A DNA stretch of 64,000 bases from Squalus acanthias (GCA_030390025.1 CM059433.1:8248001-8312000); one strand, 5' to 3'. Numbered from the stretch's first letter, positions 47,060-59,855 are shown. Program-made: numbers and translations. The notes: a model not told the origin generated them from the sequence alone.

Positions 47060-47811
47060 GGGGGGAATTTTAACCTCCCAAAAAATGGGTGGGTTGGGGT
47101 TGGGTGGGAGATTAAAGGGCTAAAAAAACTGAATGCCGACCCCAACCCGCCTCCAGCTGCCAATTGCGGTTTTAATGGAGGCGGGATGGGGGGGGGGGGC
47201 AAGCAGCCAACCCTCTCCCAGGAGGCGGGTCATCCATTTAAATATTATAATGAGGCTGGCGTGCCTCAGATTTAACCACAATTTCAAATTTAACTCTGGC
47301 TGGTCGGGTTTCTCAGGCCTCAGGGAACCCGCCAGCTAAAGTAAAGTGAGGACTGCTGGATCCCTCCGAACCCCACCAACAAGGCCTCCGATCCCACCCG
47401 CGGCCTCCAATTCCCCTCCCCCGAGGCCTCCAACCCCCCCACGAGGCCTCTGATCCTCTTCCCCCTCCAGCCTCAATCCTTACCCACCTCTCAATGCTGT
47501 GACCCCGATCCTCCCCCCCCCCTCCCCCCACCGGCCCTCGACCACCCCCTATCCCCACCCGATCCCAGCCTCCCTCCCTCCTCTCTACAGCCCAGTGCCA
47601 CAGGCCTACCCGCCCGCAGCCAGCCAGCCAGCCTCTCTATCTGGCTGGCTGCGGGTGGGAAACAGAGGTTTGAAATGCAAATCAGGCCCTGTTGTTAAAT
47701 TCGGCAGGGCCTGTGGGAGACCCGTTCTCCCAGGTTTCCCGACCGCTTTCTAGCACCCCCATCCCCACCCCCACACCACTCCCAACCCGCATCCGTATTA
47801 AAATTCTGACC
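47060..47811. mobile_element. MITE inserted in the tail of a SINE fragment (46960-47059)
   Basis: Ends ggggggaattttaa / ttaaaattctgacc. 3-bp TSD aaa. The SINE tail resumes at 47812. Confidence 0.78.
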
Positions 47812-47814
47812 AAA

Positions 47815-47883
47815 GTCTTTGTTTCTTTCTTTCTTTCTCTCTTTCTCTCTTCCTTTCTTTCTTTCTCTCTTCCTTTCTTTCTT

Positions 47884-47914
<31 letters not shown>

Positions 47915-47924
47915 CTCTCTCTCT
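47815..47924. repeat. (CTTT/CT)n microsatellite expanded from the SINE tail
   Basis: Directly visible. Confidence 0.92.
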
Positions 47925-48881
47925 TGTGCCTGGGAAAAATAGATTCTGATGTGCAGAGTTAGCTACAGGTCAATTCCACTTTTGGGTTTTGCAATTTCTT
48001 GCCAAGGTTTTTCAATGAGAGAAAAAAATTGGCTTCACAGCTTGCTGACATGACCCTTAAATACTTAATAGCATTTACTAGCATCCTTGGAACTCAATTT
48101 TAAGTACCTTTTTCTGCAGCAACTGTCACACTTTACTTATTCCAATTACTGGGCACAGTTTAATGTGGTGTCACACGAACAATATGAACTGAGCCCATTG
48201 TCTTTCATCTGGATAGCTGGAGTTTGGTAACATCACACCAGTCAGAAATGTTGTCTGGGATTTTATGGTATCAGGACATTGCTCCTGAAGAAAGGCGACC
48301 ACTTTAATACTATCAAGGTTGGCGGCAGGGTGCCGTGAATGTTCTATTACGCATACTGCTGCTCAGTCGAACGCACAGGGAACTGCGTAAAACCAAGACT
48401 TTGGGGAGAAATTGGGATCGGTGGCGCCTGTTTTTTTTGGGGGCGTTACGAGCCCACTTGGGGGTTCCAAAATGGCGTCCGCGGTGAGCGCGCACACCTC
48501 TGACGCGAAGCGTCCTGGACACCATATCGGTAAAGGGGTTAGTGCGCGCACTTAACATCCGCTGGAAGTGTGCAGAGCAGGCAGATCATCGCCTCACACA
48601 CCAGCGCTGCCAGTTTGGAGCTCCACACTTCAGCTGTGCCCTCTCGTAACCTCGCACAGCTGAACACGACATGAAGGACCCCCCACCAACGCTATGTAAA
48701 GGGATCATCAACATGTTAGTTGCTGGTTTATTTTCTCTGGCTGTTGCTACAAATCTACATATTCTTTTAATGCTTTCCATCGTTGTTTCAAGTTTCAAAA
48801 GTCTACAGGGCGCGGTGCGACAGGTGCTGAAGGACTTTTTGCTGACTTCAAGGCTTCTGCACAAGTCAGTTGATCCGAGAC

Positions 48882-49350
48882 ATGGGTGCGCCAGATGGCC
48901 TTCCTCTTGGAATAGAGCATGATTGGGGGAATGAGCAGAGGCCACGCAGAGCAGGACAAGCCGCTAGAAGAGGGAGGAGGAGAAGGAGGGGGAGAAGGGC
49001 TCTCAGCAGGAGGCCATGGCCGCCCAGATTTCAGTGACGACCTCCTTAGTGAAGCGCAGACGTCTCAAACATTGGTTGTTGCTGAAGTTCAGGTCGGAGA
49101 ATTGTTCCCAGGGTGTTCAGGGAGCAATTCTCCCACCTGAATTTCAGCGACGACCAATGTTTGAGACGTCTGCGCTTCACTAAGGGGGGTCATCACTGAA
49201 ATCTGCCACCTGCTGCAGCCACAACTGCAACCTCAGAGCAGGGCAAGGACCGCATTGCCAGAGGCTGTGAAGGTGACCGTGGCGATGAACTTTTATGCGC
49301 CTGGCTCCTTCCAGGCTGCTGCTGGAGATATAAGCAACATCTCGCAGTTT
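48882..49350 (+). pseudogene. HARBI1-like Harbinger transposase N-terminal fragment (no DDE core)
   Basis: VFREQFSHLNFSDDQCLRRLRFTK, frameshift, then VITEICHLLQPQLQPQSRARTALPEAVKVTVAMNFYAPGSFQAAAGDISNISQ. Confidence 0.82.
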
Positions 49351-49629
49351 GCCTGTCCTAGTGCATTCCCTTAGTGCCTGTCTTGTGTGTGCCCTTGCCT
49401 GTCCTAGTGCTCCTACGCAGCGCTACCCCAGTGGCTGCAGCATGGCTGGCAGAAGGCTGCTGACTTTCAGTGGAGGACACGGCAGATGGCCTTGGAGGAC
49501 GACCTCGAGCAGCTCTGGGCCTAGAAGGCCCATATTGAGACTGTACCACCTCAGCATGGGCGGCAGCACTGTGGGCTGGCTGTCTGACAGGCAGCAGCAA
49601 GGGCACTGGCGGAGTTGCAGTGGTATATC

Positions 49630-50185
49630 GCTGTATCCACTCTATCAAAACCTTTCATAATTTTAAAGACCTCTATTAGGTCACCCCTCAGCCTTCTTTT
49701 TTCAAGAGAAAAGAGACCCAGCCTGTTCATCCTTTCCTGATATGTATACTCTCGCATTTCTGGTATCGTCCTTGTAAATCTTCTCTGCACCCTCTCCAGT
49801 GCCTCTATATGCTTTTTATAATATGGCGACCAGAACTGTACGCAGTACTCCAAGTGTGGTCTAACCAAGGTTCGATACAGATTTAGCATAACTTCCCTAC
49901 TTTTCAATTCTATCCCTCTAGAAATAAACCCTAGTGCTTGGTTTGCTTTTTTTATGGTCTTGCTAACCTGTGGGGCAACTTTTAGTGATTTGTGTATTTG
50001 TACTCCGAGATCCTTTTGTTCCTCCACTCCACCTAGACTCGCACCCTCCAAGTGATAACTGACCTCCCTATTCTTCCTACCAAAATGTACTACCTCACAT
50101 TTATCTGTGTTGAACTTCATTTGCCAATTTTTTGCCCATTCTGCACATTTATTAATGTCCTCCTGTAACTTGTTGCAGTCCTCCT
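49630..50185 (-). mobile_element. CR1 ORF2 internal fragment nested in the Harbinger
   Basis: LQEDINKCAEWAKNWQMKFNTDKCEV...RPHLEYCVQFWSP...RLRGDLIEVFK. Confidence 0.92.
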
Positions 50186-50504
50186 CAGTAGCAGAACACC
50201 TGTTCCACGCTGGGAAGGATGGGCTCCAAGCTCTGTGCAAAGCCCTGTTCTAAGTTGGTGCCTGGCTCCTCCATGCTCCTTGACATTGAACACAGGCTTT
50301 CTGGCAGGCTTCCCAATGCACCAAGCATTTGGGTGTGTACACCCATCAGCCTTCTTCTGTAGCCTGGCCCATCGAAATCCTCATCTGAGTCCTCCGCAAC
50401 AGAACTTGTATGCGGCCTCGCCCTCCGACGAGCTGGCACCTGCGCTCTCCTTTCCCCCAGCCCTGGCTGCAACGCACTTGTGCCCGATTTCTCACTACAT
50501 GCAG

Positions 50505-51161
50505 AGTCAGCTGCTACTCAGAGCAGCAGTGATACCCGCCCTGCTGTATGCCTCAGAGACATGGACCATGTACAGCAGGCACCTCAAAGCACTGGAGAGG
50601 TACCACCAACGCTGCCTCCGCAAGATCCTGCGAATCCATTGGCAGGATAGGCGCACCAACGTCAGTGTTCTCGCTCAGGCCAACATCCCCAGCATTGAAG
50701 CTCTGACCACGCTCGATCAGCTCCGATGGACGGGTCACATTGTCCGCATGCCCGATACGAGACTCCCAAAACAAGCGCTCTACTCGGAGCTCCGACACGG
50801 CAAGAGAGCCCCAGGTGGGCAGAGGAAACGCTTCAAGGACACCCTCAAAGCCTCCTTGAAAAAGTGTAACATCCCCACTGACACCTGGGAATCCCTGGCC
50901 CAAGACCGCACAAAGTGGAGGAGAAGCATCCGGGAAGGCGCTGAACACCTTGAGTCTCTTTGCTGGGAGCAAGCGGAAACCAAGCGTAAGCAGCGCAAGG
51001 AGCGCACGTCAACCCAAGCACCCCACCCACCCGCCCCTTCAACCACCGTCTGCCCCACCTGTGACAGAGACTGTAGGTCCCACATTGGACTCATCAGTCA
51101 CCTGAGAACTCATTTTTAATGTAGAAGCAAGTCATCCTCGGTTCCGGGCCTAAGAAGAAGA
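50505..51161 (+). mobile_element. RTE (BovB-like) LINE 3' fragment
   Basis: RAAVIPALLYASETWT...CPTCDRDCRSHIGLISHLRTH (terminal C2H2). (aag)n tail. Confidence 0.93.
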
Positions 51162-51169
51162 ACAAGCAG

Positions 51170-51626
51170 ATCCTGCGACAATGAGGGAATGGCGATATAT
51201 TTCCAAGTCAGGATGTTGTGTAACTTGGAGGGAAACTTGCAGATGGTGGTGTTCCCATGCGCCTGCTGCCCTTGTCCTTCTAGATGGTAGTGGTCGCGGG
51301 TTTGGGAGGTGCTGCCGAAGGAGCCTTGGCGAGTTGCTGCAGTGCATCTTGTAGATGGTACACACTGCAGCCACGGTACGCCGGTGGTGGAGGGAGTGAA
51401 TGTTTAAGGTGGTGGATGGGGTGCCGATCAAGCGGGCTGCTTTGTCCTGGATGGTGTCGAGCTTCTTGAGTGTTGTTGGAGCTGCACTCATCCAGGCAAG
51501 CGAAGAGTATTCCATCACACTCCTGACTTGTGCCTTGTAGATGGTGGAAAGGCTCTGGGGAGTCAGGAGGTGAGACACTCGCCGCAGAATACCCAGCCTC
51601 TGACCTGCTCTTGTTGCCACAGTATT
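51170..51626 (-). mobile_element. CR1-group (Zenon/Crack-like) LINE fragment
   Basis: ATRAGQRLGILRRVSHLLTPQSLSTIYKAQVRSVMEYS. Confidence 0.9.
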
Positions 51627-52102
51627 TTACATTGCAGCAAGCCTGGAAGGAGGTGGGAGCAGGTTGGAGGCCACAGCTGACTGGTGCTGTCACTGGCTGT
51701 GCTGGCCCTGTGGTGCATGTTACCTGCAGACGGACGTACAGCAGATGGCACGGCTCTGTGTTGGGTTGCCTGCTGAGCTGGAACCTGCGAGGAAGGTTTG
51801 CCTCAGTCACTGCTAGGTAGGGGGCAGCAGGGACTGCAGATATGGTCAGCAGCACCTTGGCGGGTGGGCCCAATCACACGAGGCCGGCAGCTGATCACCC
51901 TGGCATTACACAATATTTACAGCACCAGAAAGAGGCCCATTCGGCCCAACGGGTCCGTGCCGGTGCTTATGCTCCACACCAGCCTCATGTCTTCTTTCAT
52001 GCAGTGCCGTTGAAAGAAATTAAAATACTGTGATTGGTGTGAGATGGTGGGATTGATCAATCGATAAAGGTGTTGGTTTGTTGGGCTAAGTGACCTTTAA
52101 AA

Positions 52103-52578
52103 AAGAAAGAAAGACTTACATTTCTATAGCGCCTTTCATGACCACCGGACATCTCAAAGCGCTTCACAGCCAATGAAGTACTTTTTTGAAGTGGAGTCAC
52201 TGTTGGAATGTGGGAAATGCGGCAGCCAATTTGCGCACAGCAAGCTCCCACAAACAGCAACGTGATAATGACCAGATGATCTGTTTTTTTGTTATGTTGA
52301 TTGAGGGATAAATATTGACCCAGGACACCGGGGATAACTCCCCTGCTCTTCTTCGAAATAGCGCCCATGGGATCTTTTACGTCCACCTGAGAGGGCAGAC
52401 GGGGCCTCGGTTTAACGTCTCATCCGAAAGACGGCACCTCCGACAGTGCAGCACTCCCTCGGCACTGCACTGGAGTGTCAGCCTAGCTTTATGTGCTCAA
52501 GTCCCTGGAGTGGGACTTGAACCCACAACCTTCTGACTCAGAGGCGAGTCGTGCTACCCACTGAGCCACAGCTGACAC
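52103..52578 (-). mobile_element. Full-length Deu-domain tRNA SINE
   Basis: Head (reverse complement) ccactgagccacagctgaca; B-box gacttgaacc; tail aaagaaagaaagac. Confidence 0.93.
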
Positions 52579-52803
52579 TTAAAATTATTTTGGGGTTTCT
52601 TTTGATGAAAATGATGGCAATTCCTAATTAGAGTAGATTTGAAGGAAAGCAACATTTTCCAATGTTTTTTGTTTTCCTCCTTCAGGTGACTCCATCTCCT
52701 CCCTGGAGATGCTGGAGATCATTATCGCGCTGTAGACTATATCTTGCCCAGGTATTTCTTTCCTATCGACAAAGTTTATATTCATTACAAATATATAATT
52801 GCA

Positions 52804-53200
52804 GAGTTTAGAAGAATGAGAGGGGATCTCATTGAAACATATAAAACTCTGACAGGGCTAGACAGACTGGATGCAGGGAGGATGTTTCCCCTGGCTGGGG
52901 GGTCTAGAACGAGGGGTCACAGTCTCAGAATATGGGGTAGGACATTTAGGACTGAGATGAGGAGAAATTTCTTCACTCAGAGGGTGGTGAACCTGTGAAC
53001 AGAAGGCTGTGGAGGCCAAGTCACTGAATATATTTAAGAAGGAGATAGATAGATTTCTAGACACAAAAGGCATCAAGGGGTATGGGGAGAGAGCGGGAAT
53101 ATGGTATTGAGATAGAGGATCAGCCATGATCGTGTTGAATGGTGGAGCAGGCTCGAAGGGCCGAATGGCCTACTCCTGCTCCTATTTTTCTATGTTTCTA
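52804..53200 (+). mobile_element. CR1 3' fragment
   Basis: EFRRMRGDLIETYK...RRNFFTQRVVNL. Confidence 0.92.
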
Positions 53201-54617
53201 AGATACTGATCAGGAGAAGTCTAAACAGCGATGCTCACATTAATGGATTTGCCCGTTTATGTCACAGCGTATCTTTGCGTTTGGGTTTTATGGGTTTTAT
53301 TCCTTTCAGTGAATGGATCTTTTTCTCACTACCATCACCTCTTGAAACCTAAAGTCAAAACATTTCCTAGCTTGTGCCATAAAATAAACATAAACTGCCA
53401 GATATGAATGCGACTCCTGTGAGAAGTGTGGAGCTCTCCTTGTGGGACCTGAGGCCTTGGTCTACACATGGCGGAGTTTATTTGTGCAGCATTAAGGCAG
53501 TTAACTTTAAGTGCTAAGTGTGTCCATGTGTTGGCAGAGTGCGCATGAACTTGAGAGTCCTGTTGCATTAATAGGGCTGATCTTCCTGAGAGATGTGTGA
53601 TAAATGCTGACTGGGGTTAATGTAGTATGACAGACCGAAAGCCAAATTCCCTTTAATGTAGTCTCATTAGGACTCTCTGTTGTAGGCATCTTTCCCTAAC
53701 TCTGAGACCATGTGTGCCAGAACTGGTGGGATACCACATCGCCAGCTGCCGAACATGACATTTCTGACTATGTTGCTGAACCCCAGCAGGTGACATCTGT
53801 GCGGCAGCCTTTCATCCTTGCATGCTTTGGATGGCTGGATACCTGCGTGGTGTAAGAACCCTAGGAAGCTCGAGTGAAAGAGGCCAGTCTGTTCCTCCCA
53901 GCTGGGCTTTCATATCTGCAGGCTGTGGATTCCCACACTGTGGCTCCCAGAGTCAACACTTTTCGCAGTCAGTGCTTCTTTGTCTGCCCCGGAGTCATCG
54001 GACATCCACAGGCAGAGCCTGGCTGTACAGAGAGCATGAGCCATCTGAGCTTTTGGAAACGACAGCTATTGCAGCGCATCTGCATGCTTAACGAAGCTCA
54101 TCAAAATGTACCATAGCACCGAAAGAGCCAGTCGTGTTACAGTTTAACTTCTGTTACAAAAGAACTGAGCCTATGAGAGTTGGTCACCTGTCTAATGACA
54201 ATTTATTTGTCAGATAACGCTCCTGGGAAGCGTCTGGGGATGCTTTACTATGTTAAGGGCGCTATATAAATGCAAGTTGTTGTTGTTGGATAGCCCGCAT
54301 GTGTCCATGTTGGAGCAACGCGGCTTGGCAATGGCCACCCTTCGCTCTCTTCTGCCCCCAGCCACTTACCTTATAGAGGCCTTGGCTCATTCTGAGGCCT
54401 TCATAAAAATTTTAGGGCTAATCTTCGGGTACTTGAGGATCCTATCATGGTGGCTCCTCCTCTTTCTGGTGATGAGTTTTACTGATGCATTTCTCTGGCT
54501 GGCAGTGGTGGGCTACCTCGGTACAGCGAGGACCCCATGGGGAGCCCACCCTGCATTCTTCAAAGAGCTCTTTCCCAGAAGAAGGGCTTGGTGTCACGGC
54601 GGGATCAGTACTATTCA

Positions 54618-55397
54618 CAGTTTTGGTCTCCTCTTATCTAAGGAAGGATATACTTGCCTTGGAGGCGGTGCAACGAAGGTTCACTCGATTGATTCCTGGG
54701 ATGAGAGGGCTGTCCTATGATGAGAGATTGTGTAGAATGGGCCTATACTCTCTGGAGTTTAGAAGAATGAGAGGTGATCTCATTGAAACATACAAGATTC
54801 TGAAGGGGATTGACAGGGTAGATGCTGAGAGGTTGTTTCCCCTGGCTGGAGTGTCTAGAACTAGGAGGCATCGTCTCAGGATAAGGGGTAGGCCATTTAA
54901 GACCGAGATGAGGAGGAATTTCTTCACTCAGAGGGTTGTGAATCTTTGGAATTCTCTGCCCCAGAGGGCTTTGGATGCTGAGTCTTTGAGTATATTCAAG
55001 GCTGAGATAGATAGATTTTTGGACTCTAGGGGAATCAAGGGATATGGAGATCGGGTGGGAAAGTGGAGTTGAGGTCGAAGATCAGCCATGATCTTATTGA
55101 ATGGCGGAGCAGGCTCGAGGGGCCGTATGGCGGAGCAGGCTCGAGGGGCCGTGTGGCGGAGCAGGCTCGAGGGGCCGTGTGGCGGAGCAGGCTCGAGGGG
55201 CCGTATGGCGGAGCAGGCTCGAGGGGCCGTATGGCGGAGTAGGCTCGAGGGGCCGTATGGCGGAGCAGGCTCGAGGGGCCGTGTGGCGGAGCAGGCTCGA
55301 GGGGCCGTGTGGCGGAGCAGGCTCGAGGGGCCGTATGGCGGAGCAGGCTCGAGGGGCCGTATGGCCCACTCCTGCTCCTATTTCTTCTGTTCTTATG
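54618..55397 (+). mobile_element. CR1 3' fragment with an amplified 3' UTR motif
   Basis: YLRKDILALEAVQRRFTRLIPGM...KGYGDRVGKWS. Confidence 0.93.
55101..55365 (+). repeat. Ten tandem copies of the 26-bp unit (a/g)tggcggagcaggctcgaggggccgt
   Basis: Exact 26-bp period from 55101 to 55360, followed by atggc. Confidence 0.95.
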
Positions 55398-55852
55398 TCA
55401 GGCAGTAGCAAAAGTCCCACCCCAATCTGCCCCAGAGGAAAATCAAGCCCACTGACTCATAAATAGCTGCTGTTGTGATTGTGATTCATGGGTGAGACAA
55501 ATGATTCAAGTAGTGTGGCAGATAATCTCAATTTTCCCTTCCTTCTTGTTGTTCTGTGATCTAGTAGCCTAGTTGAGAATGAATGGAATGAATCCAATCA
55601 ATACAAATAAAATGACGTGTCTGACACTATGTGATGGGACTGACGGTTTTTGGTCTGATTCAAGTGCTCAAACACTCAAGTCATAGCTTCCCCGTTCATT
55701 TTTATGCAAGCTTAGTTTCTCCCAAGATTCTGCCTACGATACACAACATTGTCCAACCAAATTGTTAGAGGCAAACTGTTCCTGGGCATGTGTCACTGTT
55801 GCTTGAGGTGTGTGAGAGTGGCCTGGAGTGATTCTACTGACAATGACTTGTT

Positions 55853-56463
55853 ACATAAGAAATAGGAGCAGGAGTCGGCCATTTGGCCCCTCGAGCCTGC
55901 TCCGCCATTCAATAAGATCATGGCTGATCTTCTACCTCAACTCCACTTTTCTGCGCTATCCCCATACCCCTTGATTCCCTTAATATTCAAAAATCTATCG
56001 ATTTCTGTCTTGAATTTACTCAACGACTGAGCCTCCACAGCCCCCTGGGGTAGAGAATTCCAAAGATTCACCACCCTCTGAGTGAAGAAATTTCTCCTCA
56101 TCTCACTCCATAATGGCTGACCCCTTATTCTGAGACTGTGACCCCCTGGTTCTAGACTCCCCAGCCAGGGGAAACATCCTCCCTGCATCTATCCTGTCAA
56201 GCCCTGTAAGAATTTTGCATGTTTCAATGAGATCACCTCTCATTCTTCTAAACTCTGGAGAATATAGGCCTAGTCTACTCAATCTCTCCTCATAGGACAA
56301 TCCCCCCATCCCAGGAATCAGTCTGGTGAACCTTTGTTGCACTCCCTCTATGGCAAGTATATCCTTCCTTAGGTAAGGAGATCAAAACTGGACACAATAC
56401 TCCAGGTGTGGTCTCACCAGGGCCCTATATAATTGCAGTAAGACATCTTTACTCTTATACTCA
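55853..56463 (-). mobile_element. CR1 3' fragment
   Basis: QQRFTRLIPGMGGLSYEERL...RRNFFTQRVVNLWNSLP. Confidence 0.93.
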
Positions 56464-56985
56464 ACAACAACAACTTATATTTATATAGCGCCTTTACCGT
56501 AATAAAACGTCGCAATGCACATCACAGGAGCGTTATCAAAAAAACTAAATTTAAAACGAGCCATATAAGAAGACGTTAGAGCAGATGACCAAAAGCTTGG
56601 TCGAAGAGGTCGGTTTTAAGGAGCGTCTTAAAGGAGGAAAGAGAAGTGGCGAGGGGGAGAGGTTTAGGGAGGGAATTCCAGAGCTCAGGATCTGGGCAGC
56701 TGAAGGCACGGCCACCGATGGTGGAGCGATTAAAACCGGGGATGTTCAAAAGGCCAGAATAGACGGAGCGCAGAGGTCTAGGGGGATTATAGGGCTGGAG
56801 GAGATTACAGAGATAGGGAGGGGGCGAGGCCATGGGTGGATTTGAAAACAAGGATGAGAATTTTAAAATCGAGACGTTGCTTGACCGGGAGCCAATGTAG
56901 GTCAGCGGGCACAGGGGGTGAGGGGTGAACGGGACTTGGTGCGAGTTAGGACACGGGCAGCTGAGTTTTGGATGACCTCAAGTTT
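56463..56985 (-). mobile_element. L2 3' fragment
   Basis: (caa)n tail. PYLCNLLQPYNPPRPLRS...GGRAF. Confidence 0.9.
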
Positions 56986-57376
56986 CAGAAAGAGAAATGA
57001 AAACTCCTCATGAAATGTCATTACTAACGGCTGTAATGTTAGATAGTCTCATACAGGCTCATAAGATTAGGCATTATTCATATTCCAAAATATTCAGCTA
57101 TGAATGGAAATACCTGCTTCCTTTTTTTTAGTATTTTTAGATGGTCAATTGTAGAAAATTGCTGGCAAGTCTGAAACTTAGACAAGGCGACAATTCTCGT
57201 GAGAACCTCTGTTGCTTATTAACAGACACCGAGCAGTATCTCGAATGAAACAAATCTTTGGAGGGATTGTCACATATGCCCAGTGATCGTGGACCATCCT
57301 CACTTTTGATATTAAAAAGTACACAAAGGAAAGTTTAAAATGACGCATGTGATAAAAGCTCCACCTCCGCGATTTA

Positions 57377-58930
57377 ACATAAGAACATAAGAAATAGGAG
57401 CAGGAGTCGGCCATACGACCCCTCGAGCCTACTCCGCCATTCAGTAAGATCATGGCTGATCATCGACCTCAACTCCACTTTCCCGCCCGATCTCCATATC
57501 ACTTGATTCCCCTAGAGTCCAAAAATCTATCGATCTCAGCCTTGAATATACTCAAAGACTCAGCATCCACAGCCCTTTAGGCAAGATAATTCCAAAGATT
57601 CACAACCCCCTGAGTGAAGAAATTCCTCCTCATCTCGGTCTTAAATGGCTGACCCCTTATCCTGAGACTATGCCCCCTAGTTCTAGACTCTCCAGCCAAG
57701 GGAAACAACCTCTCAGCATCTACCCTGTCAATCCCCCTCAGAATCTTATATGTTTCAATGAGATCACCTCTCATTCTTCTAAACTCCAGAGAGTATAGGC
57801 CCATTCTACACAACCTCTCATCACAGGACAGCCCTCTCATCCCAGGGATCAATCTAGTGAACCTTCATTGCACTGCTTCTAAGGCATGTATATCCTTCCT
57901 TAGATAAGGAGACCAAAACTGTGCACAGTACTCCAGGTGTGGTCTCACCAGAGCCCTGTTCAATTGTAGCAAGACTTCCTTACTCTTGTACTCCAACCCC
58001 CTTGCAATAAAGGCCAACATGCCATTTGCCTTCCTAATTGCTTTCTGTACCTGCATGCTAGCTTTTTGTTTCCTGTACGGTGACACCTAAATCTCTCTGA
58101 ACACCAACATTTAATAGTTTCTCACCATTTAAAAAAATTCTGTTTTTCTATTCTTCCTACCAAAGTGAATAACCTCACATTTCCCCACATTATACTCCAT
58201 CTGTCACCTTGTTGTCCACTCACTTAACCTGTCTATATCCCTTTGCAGACTCTTTGTGTCCTCCTCACAGCTTACTGTCCCACCTAGCTTTGTATCGTCA
58301 GAAAATTGGATACATTGCACTTGGTCCCTTTATCTAAGTCATTAGTATAGATTGTAAATAGCTGAGGCCCAAACACTGATCCTTACGGCACCCCACTAGT
58401 TACAGCCTGTCAACCTGAAAATGACCCATTTATCCCTACTCTCTGTTTTCTGTCCGTTAACCAATCCTCTATCCATGCTAATATATTACCCCCAACCCCA
58501 TGAGCCCTAATCTTGCGTAACAACTTTTTATGTGGCACCTTATTGAATGCATTTTGGAAATCCAAATATACTACATTCACTGGTTCCCCTTTATTTATCC
58601 TGCTAGTTACATCCTCAAAAAACTCTAATAAATTTGTCAAACATGATTTCCCTTTCATAAAACCATGTTGACTCTGCCTAATCATATTATGATTTTCTAA
58701 GTACCCTGTTACCACTTCCTTATTAATGGATTCCAGCATTTTCCTGATGACTGATGTCAAGCTAACTGGCCTGTAGTTCCCTGTTTTCTCTCTCCCTCCT
58801 TTCTTGAATAGTGGGGTTACATTTGCTACCTTCCAGTCTGCTGGGACCGTTCTAGAATCCAGGGAATTTTGGAAGAACACAACCAATGAGCATCCACTAT
58901 CTCTGCAGCCACCTTTTATTAGAACCCTTA
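57377..58930 (-). mobile_element. CR1 LINE, 5'-truncated, degenerate RT
   Basis: DWKVANVTPLFKKG...NYRPVSLTS...QHGFMKGKSCLTNL...YLDFQNAF. aacataag tail. Confidence 0.94.
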
Positions 58931-59527
58931 ACTGTAATCCTGTTGAACTAGACACAGACGTCTGTGTTTGGACTTGTAAATGACTGAATGCAGACCATTC
59001 TTAAGACACACCCAACGAGGCTACGTCAAAAGAGCCATATGTGTGCATTGGGGAAAGTTTTATTACTGGAATAACTAACAATCTTGGCTGGCTGGAGTGA
59101 CATCGTTTCTGGATCAAAAATTTCCCACCATTGCTCAGGACATCACACCAAGCCAAAAAAAAACCCAGACCTATTTGGTCTCACTCATTTGGAGTGAGTC
59201 TCAATAAATGTAATCAATTTTAATGTATTTCATCCTTAAAATGGGTTTTCAATCAGCCTCACTCTTTTTAGTCGTAAATCTCACTCCCGAGTATGATTCC
59301 AGTCTGCTGTGAAACTGGGTTTAGAACAGATGGATCTCCTGAGCACCTTCTAATGTTATAGAAAGCAGATGCTGCTACCCAGTCTCCCCTAACATTAAGA
59401 AATGGCAGCTGGGGAAGCAAAACACGAACACACAGAAGTTTCTACTATCATGTACCGTGCACGTGACAACGCAGAGCATAACTCAGGCCTTCCTGGCTGC
59501 ATTTGGCGCTCTACAGCTCCCAGTCTC

Positions 59528-59855
59528 AACAACAACAACTTGTATTTATATAGCGCCTTTAACGTAGTAAAACGTCCCAAGGCGCTGCACAGGAGTATTT
59601 TAAGACAAAAAATTTGACACCGAGCCACATAAGGAGAAATTAGGGCAGGTGACCAAAAGCTTGGTCAAAGAGGTAGGTTTTAAGGAGCGTCTTAAAGGAG
59701 GAAAGAGAGGTAGCGAGGCGGAGAGGTTTAGGCAGGGAATTCCAGAGCTTAGGGCCTAGGCAACAGAAGGCACGGCCACTAATGGTTGAATGATTATCAT
59801 CAGGGATGCTCAAGAGGGCAGAATTAGAGGAGCGCAGATATCTCGGGGGGTTGTG
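59528..59855 (-). mobile_element. L2 3' fragment
   Basis: Near-identical to 13340-13670. Confidence 0.92.

Larger units (their letters stand above)
48403..50480. mobile_element. Second Harbinger remnant: left TIR, transposase 5' part (+), accessory gene 3' part (-); right end not found
   Basis: Starts ggggagaaattggg. Convergent gene remnants as in 3577-6305. Interrupted by CR1. Confidence 0.8.

Noticed and set aside
50235..51119. 294-aa zinc-finger gene
   Set aside because: Chance fusion of antisense Harbinger sequence with the RTE C-terminus; no ATG start and no sign of domestication.
53300..54120. Possible coding region in a non-repetitive stretch
   Set aside because: Only short ORFs with no recognisable domain and no consistent splice-site pair; left unannotated.
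55088..55466. Repetitive ORFs and CRISPR-like look of the 26-bp array
   Set aside because: Head-to-tail units with no unique spacers, derived from the CR1 3' UTR; eukaryotic context and no cas genes.
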